Positions 36,501 to 50,248 of a DNA stretch of 64,000 nucleotides are shown one piece after another; position 1 is the stretch's first letter; each line of letters begins with the position of its first letter. Below the pieces are notes generated by a model that ran no database searches, had not been told where the DNA came from, and saw only the letters and a program-made list of their open reading frames with translations. The translations under genes were made by a program, and so were the position numbers. The stretch is from assembly GCA_950097015.1 (NCBI GenBank), contig CATNEN010000038.1, forward strand, positions 22,940,001-23,004,000, written 5' to 3'. Source of the stretch: Macrostomum hystrix (taxonomy: Eukaryota > Animalia > Platyhelminthes).

Positions 36501-39347
36501 AACATCTGCTACCTTGGAATTGCAAAGTTTACTTTTCCGCAACAGAAAAACTTGGTCATTATCCCAAGGTTGATTGGCGAGGAGGATCCTATTTTGTTTG
36601 AGGATTTTTGTCATCGTTGATCCGATTTCTATAAAGTATTTCTGGCTGAGTTGGTGTGAATGCCGCTACCAATTACTAATGGCGAAATTTGCTTGCTTGT
36701 TAGAATAATTAGCAAATTACCAATAACTATAGCTTTGAATCCTAAAGACTTGGAATTCTTATGACTTTTGATGGATTTCTATGACTTTTGATGGATTCCT
36801 TTGACTTTTGATGGATTCCTATGACTTTTGATGGATTCCTATGACTTTTGATGGATTCCTATGACTTTTGATCGATTCCTATGACTTTTGATGGATTCAA
36901 ATGACTTTTGATGGATTCAAATGACTTTTGACAGGTTCCTATGACTTTTGATGGATTCAAATGACTTTTGATGGATTCCTTTGACTTTTGATGGATTCAA
37001 ATGACTTTTGACAGGTTCCTATGACTTTTTATGGATTCAAATGACTTTTGACAGGTTCCTATGACTTTTGATGGATTCCTTTGACTTTTGATGGATTCCT
37101 TTGACTTTTGATGGATTCCTTTGACTTATGATGGATTCCTTTGACTTTTGATGGATTCCTTTGACTTTTGATGGATTCCTTTGACTTTTGATGGATTCAG
37201 ATGACTTTTGACAGGTTCCTATGACTTTTGATGGATTCCTTTGACTTATGATGGATTCCTTTGACTTTTGATGGATTCCTTTGACTTTTGATGGATTCCT
37301 TTGACTTTTGATGGATTCAGATGACTTTTTGGAGATTACTTCGAGTTGCAGACTGGGTATTTCTATAACTCAGACTTTGACTAAGCATTACACAACTAGT
37401 TCATCCCATAGGACTCTCACTGGATCAGATAGCAATGGATTTCTCCAGCGCATAGCAACTATCGAAACTAACTCACCCGGACGCTGACAGTCATGGTGGC
37501 GGTCCGGGGCTCCGGCCGGTGTCCGTCACTGACGAGCACCTCCAGGCTATACGCCTGACGTTCCTCGGCGTTCAGACTGGCGACAAGGCGAACTTCGCCG
37601 CTCCTCGGATCGATGCGAAACGGCGGCAAAGGGTTGCTGCCGACGCCGCTGTTGCCACGGACGAGGTCGCCTCGCCTTAAACTGTACATCAGCCGACTAG
37701 GCAAGCCGGAAGATTCGTCGCGATCGGTGGCTCGAGCCGTGAACACCACGGAGTTGAGAGTGGCATTCTCAGGAATCTAGAATAATAAAACATTCATTTG
37801 ATTAACTGGCTTGTTTAAAAGTGCGAAATTTTATTTTAACGATTCTGATGAGCATTTTTTGAGGTCCTATCGGATTTCAAATGCGCCCGAATGATGGACG
37901 TCAAGCCTAGTGTAGCTTAAAATGTAGCATTAACTTGGACTCACGTCTAATTAGGCAGCTCAAATGAATCTGGAGGTGTCACTTAAAAATGACACTTTTC
38001 TGTTTTGTTAAAAAGTAATTTTTCTTATTGCTTGAGATTTGCATTTAAAAATATTCGTGATTTCCCTGGTCGGAGAATTTCTTGGTTAAAAAGCCTTTCG
38101 TTAAAATGCAGTTCCGTTGAGAAATGTCTTGGTTTAGGAAATACCTTTGTTGGGACAACCCTTTTTGGGGAATCCATTGCATGGCGCTTGTTTCAGGAAC
38201 CCCTTAGTTGGGAATTCCGTAGTTGGGGAATCCTTTTTTGGGAAATACATTGCTTAAAAAATCTCTTGGTCGCTTGTTTAAGGATCCCTTGGTTGGGGAA
38301 AGCCCTGGGTTGGGAAATCCTTTGGTTAGGAAATCCCTTGATTGGTGAGTCCCTTCAGATGGACTTGAGAAATTTCTTGGTTAGCAAACCCCCTGTGGCG
38401 AGTCACTTTCTTGGAATACTCTTTTTGAGGAATCCATTGGTGGGGTAATGCCTCACCGTCACTAATAAGCTTCGTCCTCCGGATTCGAACACGGGCTCGA
38501 AGTCGTTAGTATTCTCAACTTCAACAAGCACCGTCAGATTGGCACCCAACTGTGGCGTGCCATCGTCTAGGGCCTGAACAATCAGCTTGATACCATCGAG
38601 GCCTCGCTCGTCGCCTTCCAGATCGATGTCGCCAACGATTCGCAACTCCGGCCCGCCGCCGCCGCCGCCGCCGCCAACGCCGACAGCACCTCCGATGTCT
38701 CCTTCGACAACGGAGAATTTTGAATACAATCTCGAGTAGCGCAACGACTCGGGAAAGGCGTATCTCACGGTGCCGTTTCGACCAAAGTCCGGGTCCTCCG
38801 CTCTGGGGAGTTGGATTCTGGCCGACCTGTCGTGCTCTCGGATCTTCACTCGAGCCATCGAAGCGCCGGCGGAAAATCTGGGCGCGTTGTCGTTGATATC
38901 CTCGACGGTTACGTAGACGTCCAACAGTCGCATGCCGCTGAGATCGCCGGCGTCGGGCAGGTAAGTCGCCGAGAAGTCCAGCCGACAAGGCCGGGTGGGA
39001 TTGTCGCGACATGATCGGATGGCTTCTCGATCCAGCGTGGAAGCCAGGCTGAGCTGACCGCCAGTCTGGTGCAGCTCGAACAGGCCTTGAGCTTCGCCCG
39101 GCGGATTTCGTTCGATCAGCTGGTAGCGCGGCAGAGGCGACGCCGTTGCTAACTGGTTGCTAGGCGACGAGCTAGTCCCGAATCCCAGCATTAGTGAGGG
39201 CAGGTGACACACTGGCGTGCCGCGCGGCTGTTCTTCAACAACGGAGCAGTAGATGACCTCGGCGGAGCAGGTCAGGGGCCGCCAGCAAGACAGGAACAGG
39301 AGGAGAAACTGCAGCGGGATATTTGAGCTGGGACGAAGTATCGACAT
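30125..39347 (-). CDS. Protocadherin with 7 cadherin repeats, ~1185 aa; exons 39347-38457, 37776-37477, 35650-35123, 34924-34421, 33913-33229, 31828-31650, 31318-31264, 30540-30125
   Basis: Signal peptide; repeated PE/LDRE/DxNDN.P/A.D.D.G.N motifs; TM segment LIVVTVCVSLSFLVLLCVVLLLAYF; C-terminus TSSFV; all introns GT-AG with phases 0,0,0,0,1,0,1, totalling 3558 nt in frame. Confidence 0.92.
30555..30946 (-). mobile_element. tRNA-headed SINE, full-length copy 2 with (ATT)n tail
   Basis: Reverse strand starts GGGGGGTCGGTGGCAAATCGG (A box) ... GTTCGATTCC (B box) and ends CCCTCCTGCA(ATT)n. Confidence 0.88.
31490..31575. repeat. 21-bp tandem repeat (GACTGTTTGAAGGGTTCCTTA)
   Basis: About 4 units. 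Confidence 0.8.
31858..32160. repeat. 6/12-bp GA-rich tandem repeat (GAGAATGAGAGG)
   Basis: Tandem units. Confidence 0.9.
33968..34410. repeat. 11-bp minisatellite (CATCCAGCTAC)
   Basis: Fills nearly the whole protocadherin intron 4. Confidence 0.95.
35745..36095. repeat. 21-bp minisatellite (CTGATTGAAGATTTTGGATTT)
   Basis: Tandem units. Confidence 0.95.
36752..37330. repeat. 20-bp minisatellite (ATGACTTTTGATGGATTCCT)
   Basis: Tandem units. Confidence 0.95.
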
Positions 39348-39404
39348 TTTGCATCGATGGCAGATTCGTTCGGCTGCTCCTGTGAATTTAAACAGGGGAT
39401 AACG

Positions 39405-40006
39405 TGAAATGTAGATCCCATCTCAAATTTAGATCCCATCTCAAATTTAGATCCCATGTCAAATTTAGATCCCATGTCTAATTTAGATCCCATGTCTAAT
39501 TTCGATCCCATGTCTAATGTAGATCCCATCTCAAATTTAGATCCCATCTCAAATTTAGATCCCATGTCAAATTTTGATCCCATGTCAAATTTCGATCCCA
39601 TGTCTAATTTAGATCCCATGTCAAATTTTGATCCCATCTTAGATTTAGATCCCATGTCAAATTTTGATCCCATCTTAGATTTAGATCCCATGTCAAATTT
39701 TGATCCCATCTTAGATTTAGATCCCATGTCAAATTTCGATCCTATCTCAAACTTCGATCCCGTGTCAAATTACGATCGCACCATGTGAAATTTAGATCCC
39801 ATTTGAAATTTAGATCCCATTTGAAATTTAGATCCCATTTGAAATTTAGATCCCATTTGAAATTTAGATCCCATTTGAAATTTAGATCCCATTTGAAATT
39901 TAGATCCCATTTGAAATTTAGATCCCATCTCAAATTCAGATTCCATCTCAAACTTCGATCCCGTGTCAAATTACGATCCCATGTCAAATTTAGATCCCAT
40001 TTCAAA
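39405..40006. repeat. 18-bp minisatellite (AATTTAGATCCCATSTCA)
   Basis: Tandem units in two sub-arrays. Confidence 0.93.
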
Positions 40007-40133
40007 TAACTCTTATCATTATTAAAGATCCTATTATAAACCTCTCATCTTATACAATGATTGTTTTCTTAAAATCGAGGCTAAAAGCTTAAAAACCTAG
40101 TTCCATTTTTCTTTGCATAGCTGCAATGGGTTA

Positions 40134-40400
40134 GGGGGTGCGTGGCAGAGCGTTAACGAGTTTGCCTCTCGCACCAAGGTCCCTGAGCTCGATTCCACGG
40201 GGAGGCGGCATTCAAGGCCAACCTCGAAGGCACAGTGAGAGTGTACACTGTCTGACGATGAGAAAGTCATGGCAGATGTACACACCTGTGTGAGCGTATG
40301 TCTTCGTAAAGCATCTGTGTGCGTGTGTGCTCAGGAGTCAGCTGAATGGGCAGAATTGACTCCTCGCTGGCTGCGGGTCTAGTGTCACCAAATGATGTCC
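40134..40400 (+). mobile_element. tRNA-headed SINE, copy 3 (internal deletion)
   Basis: Same family sequence but lacks the TTTGGGGCGC...GACGCCC block. Confidence 0.82.
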
Positions 40401-41827
40401 TATTGTATAGGATCCAAGCTTTTAGCTAAATAAAACATTCCCATGTATTCCACCATAGGCTTTAGCCAAAGGTTTATAACAAATTCCTCTTCGACATTGA
40501 GAACTCACTTTAATTGGTCAAAATGTCTACATTTGGCTACAAAAACTAAATGTCAAAGCGACCTGACAGGTAATCGGTGGATTATTCTCAAGATTCGCTG
40601 CAATTAGGATTAAGTTCCCCCGACTGCTGGTTTAGTCTGAAGTTGAAAAGTTGGGAACAATAAGAGATTGACGTGGTCGTCCCTTGTGGTTCAAATCAAA
40701 GCTTGAGCAGTTGGCGGTTTACACATTTTGCCATCAGGTCAGGTCTTTGCAGCCTCTCAAGACAACTTAAGCGTGCACTCAAAGGCTGTTCATTAAAGCA
40801 GTTCTGAAAAAAATCGATATTTCTTTTTGATTCATCTGGCCTCTAGCAACAACATCGTAATATTTTAGCAAATCTTTTTAGGTTAGAAAACCTTGACCGC
40901 ATAGCGACCGCTTTATGAGTTAACTATACTCTCTTCTCTCTGCTTTCTCCTCTCTCCTCCCCTCTCTCCTCTCCTCTCCTCTCTCCTTTCTCCTTTGTTA
41001 TCTCTCGTATTTTGTCTCTCCTCTCAACTGTCTCATATTGCCAGTATTTTTGTCATGATGCACTCGAGGAAATTATGATGATGCATATGCCAGGCTGTCA
41101 CAGACTGTCAAGGGCATTGCACGCAATGTTGAAAGTTGAGGTGAGGGAGGGGTTAAAAAAAATTGAACGAGAAAAAGTTGACAAAACAGAGTACAGAATG
41201 TGAAGTAATTCTGCAACTCGATGCTTTGGCCTTGGGGGGCCTTACCCTAATGCGTGAATCTCTACATCTAGAACTAGTAAAGGACAGGAAGAACCATAGA
41301 CTACTTGTAGATCGGCAGACAGGAAGCAGGTAGAAGGGGAGAGAGAAGACAGCATTAGATAGCAACTTCCTGTCTCAATTGATGCAAGACATCTGCTATA
41401 GTTTGTAACTAAGCGATAACCAGGCCATCAAACACTGCACACCTAATTACGGGTAATAGCATTGACAGCAAATGCTTATTTCTACATGGCTAAATCTGTG
41501 TTTACAATTACTCCACTATGACAACACACTGTATCAAGTAAGAATTTAGAATCAGGTGAATTAACGGTTGGTTGGTGGTCGGAGGGGTACTTTCGTATGC
41601 TAGACTTGGCTATACTAACATACAATCGATAGTTTGCACAGCTACATGGAAATACTATGCCTGTAGTGTAATATCAAGAATATTTTCTTCTATTTGCCAA
41701 CGCTTTTAGGCACTTAGTTGCTGCAACATTATAGGACAGGTTGTTAATGATGCATATACCTGGGGCCTGGGTATCTATAATCCATAAGGTACATTGGATC
41801 ATACGTAAAGCTCATTTCTTAAACTAA

Positions 41828-43175
41828 CTTCTCACACTTTTCACACTTCTCAAACTATCTTCTCACACTTCTCATACTATCTTCTCTCAATCATCATACT
41901 ATCTTCTCACACTTCTCATACTATCTTCTCTCAATCATCATACTATCTTCTCACACTTCTCATACTATCTTCTCTCAATCATCATACTATCTTCTCACAC
42001 TTCTCATACTATCTTCTCTCAATCATCATAATATCTTCTCACACTTCTCATACTATCTTCTCTCAATCATCATAATATCTTCTCACACTTCTCATACTAT
42101 CTTCTCTCAATCATCATACTATCTTCTCACACTTCTCATACTATCTTCTCTCAATCATCATACTATCTTCTCAAACTTCTCATACTATCTTCTCTCAATC
42201 ATCATACTATCTTCTCACACTTCTCATACTATCTTCTCTCAATCATCATACTATCTTCTCACACTTCTCATACTATCTTCTCTCAATCATCATACTATCT
42301 TCTCACACTTCTCATACTATCTTCTCTCAATCATCATACTATCTTCTCACACTTCTCATACTATCTTCTCTCAATCATCATACTATCTTCTCACACTTCT
42401 CATACTATCTTCTCTCAATCATCATACTATCTTCTCACACTTCTCATACTATCTTCTCTCAATCATCATAATATCTTCTCACACTTCTCATACTATCTTC
42501 TCTCAATCATCATACTATCTTCTCACACTTCTCATACTATCTTCTCTCAATCATCATACTATCTTCTCACACTTCTCATACTATCTTCTCTCAATCATCA
42601 TACTATCTTCTCAAACTTCTCATACTATCTTCTCTCAATCATCATAATATCTTCTCACACTTCTCATACTATCTTCTCTCAATCATCATACTATCTTCTC
42701 ACACTTCTCATACTATCTTCTCTCAATCATCATACTATCTTCTCACACTTCTCATACTATCTTCTCTCAATCATCATACTATCTTCTCACACTTCTCATA
42801 CTATCTTCTCTCAATCATCATACTATCTTCTCACACTTCTCATACTATCTTCTCTCAATCATCATACTATCTTCTCACACTTCTCATACTATCTTCTCTC
42901 AATCATCATACTATCTTCTCACACTTCTCATACTATCTTCTCACACTCCTCATACTATCTTCTCACACTCCTCATACTATCTTCTCACACACCTCATACT
43001 ATCTTCTCACACACCTCATACTATCTTGTCACACTCCTCATACTATCTTCTCACACTCCTCATACTATCTTCTCACACACCTCATACTATCTTGTCACAC
43101 TTCTCATACTATCTTCTCACACTTCTCATACTATCTTCTCACACTCCTCATACTATCTTCTCACACTTCTCATAC
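41828..43175. repeat. 22-bp minisatellite organised as a 44-bp dimer
   Basis: TCATACTATCTTCTC followed alternately by TCAATCA or ACACTTC. Confidence 0.96.
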
Positions 43176-43959
43176 CAAATTCTACCATTTCTCATAGCAA
43201 CTTTTCAAGAAACTTCTCAAGAAAAAATACATTAAGGCAAAATCAGTAAATCAAAGTCACTCACCTGCAAAATAAAAAAAAATAATTTTCCAAACTTTGG
43301 TTCTTCAAATTTGGCTTATTTTCCGTTTTTTAGTCGCAGAAATTTCGCGTTTTTCAAATCTCGAATGAAATTGTTTTTTCGCTCTATATTATAATCGGGC
43401 AGACATGGTCGCCAATGAAATTCAGCTATAGTCTACCAAACTACATCGCGATAAACTAAAAACTGGTGCCAAAAATGAAGTTTATGCAGCACAGATAATG
43501 CATAAACACAAGCTGCAAGGATCAGTAGCTAGCGCGCATAGATACTAATATTTGCGTGTGGTCCAACCAGAATTTTATCGACAACAACCAATCAGCAGCC
43601 ACCAGGCCCTTTTAGCTTTACCAGTTAGCTAACTCACTGCAAATGCCTGCACCCATGTAGACAAAATCTGTGTTAAAAAACAAATCTGTGATTCAACTTG
43701 TTATAGTTATAGTTTTAATACTGGTATAATGTTTCTATAGTTTGAACTGCCTATAGTTTGCGGCACGAATGAATACCAGCTGCCGTGACTGAAGTGTTTG
43801 AAAACAAAAACCGCTGCAAAAGCAGAAATAAAATGCTGGGATAATGTGCGACTGAAAAGAAATAGATAGTAATTTCTAGCCCAGCTAATGCTGATACCCA
43901 ATTACTATTACGAATAGTTGTTTTCGAACTCATGACCTTTCAGTAAGAAGTAAAAAGTG

Positions 43960-44912
43960 AAGGGAGTGAGGAGAGTGTAGAGGGAGAGAGAAGAGGGAGA
44001 GAGAAGAGGGAGAGAGAAGAGGGAGAGAGAAGAGGGAGAGAGAAGAGGGGAGTGAGTAGAGGGGAGAGAGAAGAGGGAGTGAGAAGAGGGGAGTGAGTAG
44101 AGGGGAGAGAGAAGATGGAGTGAGAAGAGGGAGTGTGAAGAGGGGAGTGAGAAGAGGGGAGTGAGAAGAGGGGAGTGAGAAGAGGGGAGTGAGAAGAGGG
44201 GAGTGTGAAGAGGGGAGTGAAGAGAGGGTAATGAGAAGAGGGGAGTGAGAAGAGGGAGAGAGAAGAGGGGAGTGAGTAGAGGGGAGAGAGAAGAGGGGAG
44301 TGAGTAGAGGGGAGAGAGAAGAGGGAGTGAGAAGAAAGAAGGGAGTGAGTAGAGGGGAGAGAGAAGAGGGAGTGAGAAGAGGGAGTGTGAAGAGGGGAGT
44401 GAGAAGAGGGGAGTGAGAAGAGGGGAGTGTGAAGAGGGGAGTGAGAAGAGGGGAGTGAGAAGAGGGGAGTGAGAAGAGGGGAGTGAGAAGAGGGGAGTGT
44501 GAAGAGGGGAGTGAGAAGAGGGTAATGAGAAGAGGGGAGTGAGAAGAGGGAGAGAGAAGAGGGGAGTGAGTAGAGGGGAGAGAGAAGAGGGGAGTGAGTA
44601 GAGGGGAGAGAGAAGAGGGAGTGAGAAGAGGGAGTGTGAAGAGGGGAGTGAGAAGAGGGGAGTGTGAAGAGGCGAGTGAGAAGAGGGTAATGAGAAGAGG
44701 GGAGTGAGAAGAGGGGAGTGAGAAGAGGGTAATGAGAAGAGGGGAGTGAGAAGAGGGGAGTGAGAAGAGGGTAATGAGAAGAGGGGAGTGAGAAGAGGGG
44801 AGTGTGAAGAGGCGAGTGAGAAGAGGGTAATGAGAAGAGGGGAGTGTGAAGAGGCGAGTGAGAAGAGGGTAATGAGAAGAGGGGAGTTAGAAGAGGGGAA
44901 TGAGAAGAGGGG
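43960..44912. repeat. ~14-bp purine-rich minisatellite (GAGTGAGAAGAGGG)
   Basis: Tandem units; explains ORFs 43908-45044. Confidence 0.93.
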
Positions 44913-45644
44913 AACCGCATGGGGCTGAAACTCTGGTTTAAAGTTTTTGTTGTTTCGACTAATTTTTGTCATTTTTATAAGGCCAGTAAATTTGAGATAG
45001 TGGTAAAAGTGGAAATGTGAGAAAGATATAAAAAAGTGAAGCAAAACTCAGCTGATGTTTAACTTGGCGTGAATCGCGCGTATTCCAACCTTAAAGTTGA
45101 TCTTCACTGGTTTGGATCAAAGAGAGGGACTGAAGAGACTGAAATGGGCTGACAGAAAAAGAATGATTGCGGAGCCGGATTTGCAATGCCGTTTCTGTGA
45201 TTGCCATATAGCGGTGGGCTCCGTAGATAGTTGAAGGCTTTTGTGGCTGTGTGGTCGCTTATGTTCCACTGTGATGGTTGGGGCGGCCCTTTCAACAGAT
45301 GACACGTTATAAATCAATCTCTGCCTTCCGCAGTTCGTGTGGGTCGCTGTGAGCTTTGACAGAAACACACACTGACTGACTGGCTGGCTTAGTTGCCGGG
45401 GTAAATTGCCGACCGAGAAAGTGAAGGGGGATTTTGGGGCATAGTCAGGAAGAAACATGAAGCAATGAAAATAAAGAGAATGAAACACTTGGTTAATAGG
45501 AGCAGAAATTAACCGAAGACAAAGACCTAACATCGGGATAAAAATGCTTAGAAAGAAAAACAAAAGAGGAAACGGGAGGGCTGAAATAGAGGATCAGAGA
45601 AGAGAAAGAGCAGAAGAAATAAGTGGAAGGCTGTGGGAAATGGC

Positions 45645-45826
45645 ACATCATTTGCTGACACTAGACCCGCAGCCAGCGAGGAGGCAATTCTGTGCATTTC
45701 GCTGACTCCAGAGCACACAGACACACAGGTGTGTACATCTGCCCTGACTTTCTCATCGCCAGGCAGTGTACACTCTCACCGCGCCTTGGAGGTTGGCCGT
45801 CAAGGGCGTAAATTGCACGACAAGCA
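45645..45826 (-). mobile_element. tRNA-headed SINE, copy 4 (5'-truncated)
   Basis: Reverse-complement match to the family body. Confidence 0.8.
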
Positions 45827-46317
45827 CGAAAGGGGAAGGAAATTGAGTAGAAAGATGCCAAGCCTTTAAAACTGTCGAGGTTATAACCGAATACTAGTAT
45901 TTACCCACTGTGCACTTTTCCTATTTTAACAACTGTTGCTGTTGCTCGTACAATTGTTTCGCAAAGCAGTTTCTGATCTTAAAATTTTCCAGTCTCCGTT
46001 CCACTCTACTTTGAAAAAAAAGCAATCATTACTTTCAGTTGTGCTGAAGCATTTAGCTATATTTTACAACTTGCCGAAAGTCTGCGAAATACATCTGCTT
46101 TTAGTCAAAAAAATGTTATATCACAGAATGGAAGTGGCATTTAGCGACAGAAAACAGATTGTTGGCTTTTTGCCAATTCAAAGAGCGTTGTAAATATTGG
46201 TTTCGGAATCTGCTAGCCAATATATTCGTCCATTTATTGGGCACATTCTGCTGCAAGTTGCATTTATGACAATATTCGAATGAGACTTACCTACAAGCAT
46301 AGATGGGTGGAGGGAGT

Positions 46318-46872
46318 GGAGATTTAGAGAGATGAGATAAGAGATGCAATCACATTTTAGATGAGATGATATTAGAGATGGGATGAGATTATAGTATGGA
46401 TAAGATTAGAGATGAGATGAGAGTTGAGATGAGATTAAAGACGGGATGAGATTAGAGATGAGATGAGATAAGAGATGGGATAAGATTATAGTATGGATGA
46501 GATTTCAGATGGGATGAGATTAGAGCGGAGATGAGATTAGAGATGGGATGAGATTAGAGATGGGATGAGATTATAGTATAGATGAGATTAGAGATGGGAT
46601 GAGAGTTGAGATGAGATTAAAGACTGGATGAGATTAGAGATTGGATGAGACTAGCGATGGGATGAGATTAGATATGGGATGTGATTAGAGATGAGATGAG
46701 ATAAGAGATGGGATGAGATTATAGTATGAATAAGATTTCAGATGGGATGAGATTAGAGCGGACATGAGATTAGAGATGGGATGAGATTAGAGATGGGATG
46801 AGATTAGAGATGGGATGAGATTAGAGATGGGATGAGATTAGAGATGGGATGAGATTAGAGATGGGATGAGAT
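46318..46872. repeat. 17-bp minisatellite (GAGATGGGATGAGATTA)
   Basis: Tandem units. Confidence 0.92.
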
Positions 46873-47464
46873 TTATTGAGCTAACAATAAGATTTAAGGA
46901 AATAATAAATGTTATTTGAAGATAAAGGATGGCTTCAAGAGATCGAATGAGATTAGGAGTATTTTACCAGAAAAAAAGTTTATTTTGAAGCACATTGAGC
47001 GTGTTTCTAGGTGCAGGATTTGCTAATAATATTTCCTTTCTCTTTCTCGCAGACAAAAAAGTGATTCAAAGCTGTATATCACAATCAGCAAAGTTTTGCC
47101 CTTGTTCTGTTTTAAAAAATCTTTTGGGATTTTTCGACTATTGTGCAGTGGAATCAGCACCCACGGAATGTTTGATGCCCAGCGATGGGATACCATATTT
47201 ATCTGCGGCTTTGAAATGTTTGGTAAACACAAGCACAGCAGAAAAAAGAAATGTGCTACGATTCTTGCCTATCTGAAGTTTCCCGTTGTTTTTTTGGTTT
47301 ATGTTTCAGTTACCATAGCAACCGAATGGGACTTTTCAGACGGTACGAATTTGACGGAGTAAAGCTGAGCGAGAAAAAGAAGATTAATTCAGCTAATGTT
47401 TCATTTTAGGATCCTTTTTTGTAGTGCTTTTAGAAGCCTGTGGTTTGTGAAGCGTTTGTTCGAT

Positions 47465-48222
47465 TTAGGGATTATAAAGTTCAGTGCTTGGGAAATTTAG
47501 GGATCGCAAAGTTTTGGGTTAGTGAAGCTTTGAGATTATGAAGTTTAAGGACTGTGAAGTTTAGGGATTGTAAAATCTTTGGGATTGTAAAGCTTTGGGA
47601 TAGTGAAGTTTAAGGATTGTGAAGTTTTGGGATTGTGAAGATTTGGGATTTTGAAGTTCTAGGATTGTGAAGTTTAAGGATTGTGAAGTTTTTACTCGTA
47701 GATTGTGAAGTTTAAGGATTGTGAATTTTTGGGATTGTGAAGTTTAAGGAATGTGAAGTTTAAGGAATGTGAAGTTTAAGGATTGTGAAGTTTAAGGATT
47801 GTGAAGTTTAAGGATTGTGAATTTTTGGGATTGTGAAGTTTAAGGAATGTGAAGTTTAAGGAATGTGAAGTTTAAAGAATGTGAATTTTAAGGAATGTGA
47901 AGTTTAAGGAATGTGAAGTTTAAGGAATGTGAAGTTTAAGGATTGTGAAGTTTAAGGATTGTGAAGTTTAAGGAATGTGAAGTTTAAGGAATGTGAAGTT
48001 TAAGGAATGTGAAGTTTAAGGAATGTGAAGTTTAAGGAATGTGAAGTTTAAGGAATGTGAAGTTTAAGGATTGTGAAGTTTAAGGAATGTGAAGTTTAAG
48101 GAATGTGAAGTTTAAGGAATGTGAAGTTTAAGGAATGTGAAGTTTAAGGATTGTGAAGTTTAAGGATTGTGAAGTTTAAGGAATGTGAAGTTTAAGGATT
48201 GTGAATTTTTGGGATTGTGAAA
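47465..48222. repeat. 16-bp minisatellite (AAGGAATGTGAAGTTT)
   Basis: Homogeneous core with a diverged left edge. Confidence 0.93.
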
Positions 48223-48943
48223 GCAATAATGAGATAATGAATGGAAATTTGAGATTCTATATGCAGAGCTCCAACTTTTAGCTATTAGTCCCGACAGACG
48301 GCGGTGCAGTTGACGATTTGAAAATGAAGACTAGAAAACATTTTCTGTGTTCCAATATGGCTTCGGTGGTAATGTAGGATGGCGCCATGGCTAGAAATCC
48401 CAGGAAAGGTTGGGATTTCTAGTTGCTGGGATTAGCTTAGAAGTGGCTGTTGATGTCGGATACTGTCCCGATATGACAGCTTCTGATGGGAAGAGATTCT
48501 AGCAGACCCAATGTGCCAAAAAAATCGTTTTTTGTTCAGTGTCCTTGGTTCCTTCTCTCTCTGCTCTATTCATCGCTGTTTCGCCAGAATGCATTAAAAA
48601 AGAGAATCGGTTTCCAAGAAGCATTCCACGCGGCAGATATTTAAACTGCAGACAGCAATCCCACATGTTCGATCCCAGAAAAGAAAATATTCAAGCATAC
48701 TTTGTGGAGTTTAGTGGGCCAATTGTTTCAGCCAGAGGCGATGTCGCAAATTGGTTTTCCCGTTATTTTTCTAGGAATGAGGATCCTATGTTTTAAAAAC
48801 AATTCAGCCTTGCATGAAATTTTTCTTTCGGTAATGCGATCCCCGCTTTTATTGGTCCAGGAATTAGGGTCGAATCCCAGTTACAAGGAATGCAGAAATA
48901 TTTGCTTGCTTCATGCGGATCTGGGGAACTTGGAGTCAGACAC

Positions 48944-50248
48944 AGATTCTGTCACTCTCTCTGGATTCTGTCACTCTCTCTGGATTCTGTCACTCGCTCT
49001 GGATTCTGTCACTCGCTCTGGATTCTGTCACTCGCTCTGGATTCTGTCACTCGCTCTGGATTCTGTCACTCTCTCTGGTTTCTGTCACTCGCTCTGGATT
49101 CTATCACTCTCTAGAATCTGTCACTCTCTCTAGATTCTGTCACTCTCTCTAGATTCTGTCACTCTCTAGATTCTGTCACTCTCTAGATTCTGTAACTCTC
49201 TAGATTCTGTCACTCTCTAGATTCTGTCACTCTCTAGATTCTGTAACTCTCTAGATTCTGTCACTCTCTCTAGATTCTGTCACTCTCTCTGAATTTTGTC
49301 ACTCTCTAGATTCTGTCACTCTCTAGATTCTGTCACTCTCTGGATTCTGTCACTCTCTGTATTCTGTCTTTCTATGGATTCTGTCACTCTCTGGCTTCTG
49401 TCTTACTATGGATTCTGTCACTCTCTAGATTCTGTCACTCTCTAGATTCTGTCACTCTCTGGATTCTGTCACTCTCTGTATTCTGTCACTCTCTGTATTC
49501 TGTCACTCTATGGATTCTGTCACTCTCTGTATTCTGTCACTCTATGGATTCTGTCACTCTCTAGATTCTGTCACTCTCTAGATTCTGTCACTCTCTAGAT
49601 TCTGTCACTCTGTCTGGATTCTGTCACTCTCTCTGAATTTTGTCACTCTCTAGATTCTGTCACTCTCTGGCTTCTGTCTTTCTATGGATTTTGTCACTCT
49701 CTGGCTTCTGTCTTTCTATGGATTCTGTCACTCTCTGGCTTCTGTCTTTCTATGGATTCTGTCACTCTCTGGCTTCTGTCTTTCTATGGATTCTGTCACT
49801 CTCTGGCTTCTGTCTTTCTATGGATTCTGTCACTCTCTAGATTCTGTCACTCTCTAGATTCTGTCACTCTGTCTGGATTCTGTCACTCTCTCTGAATTTT
49901 GTCACTCTCTAGATTCTGTCACTCTCTGGCTTCTGTCTTTCTATGGATTTTGTCACTCTCTGGCTTCTGTCTTTCTATGGATTCTGTCACTCTCTGGCTT
50001 CTGTCTTTCTATGGATTCTGTCACTCTCTGGCTTCTGTCTTTCTATGGATTCTGTCACTCTCTGGCTTCTGTCTTTCTATGGATTCTGTCACTCTCTAGA
50101 TTCTGTCACTCTATAGATTCTGTCACTCTCTGGATTCTGTCACTCTCTGTATTCTGTCACTCTCTGTATTCTGTCACTCTCTGTATTCTGTCACTCTATG
50201 GATTCTTCTACTCTCTAGATTCTGTCACTTTCTGGATTCTGTCACTTT
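48944..50248. repeat. 17/19-bp minisatellite (GGATTCTGTCACTCTCT) with a 259-bp higher-order duplication
   Basis: Tandem units; identical ORFs at 49640 and 49899. Confidence 0.95.

Noticed and set aside
43262-43600. Possible non-coding first exon or promoter of the protocadherin (minus-strand CAG|GTGAGT, CCAAT boxes)
   Set aside because: Short motifs only; no independent evidence
2365-44912. Consistent C-rich bias of satellites on the transcribed strand
   Set aside because: Counter-examples within genes (26425, 33968) break the pattern
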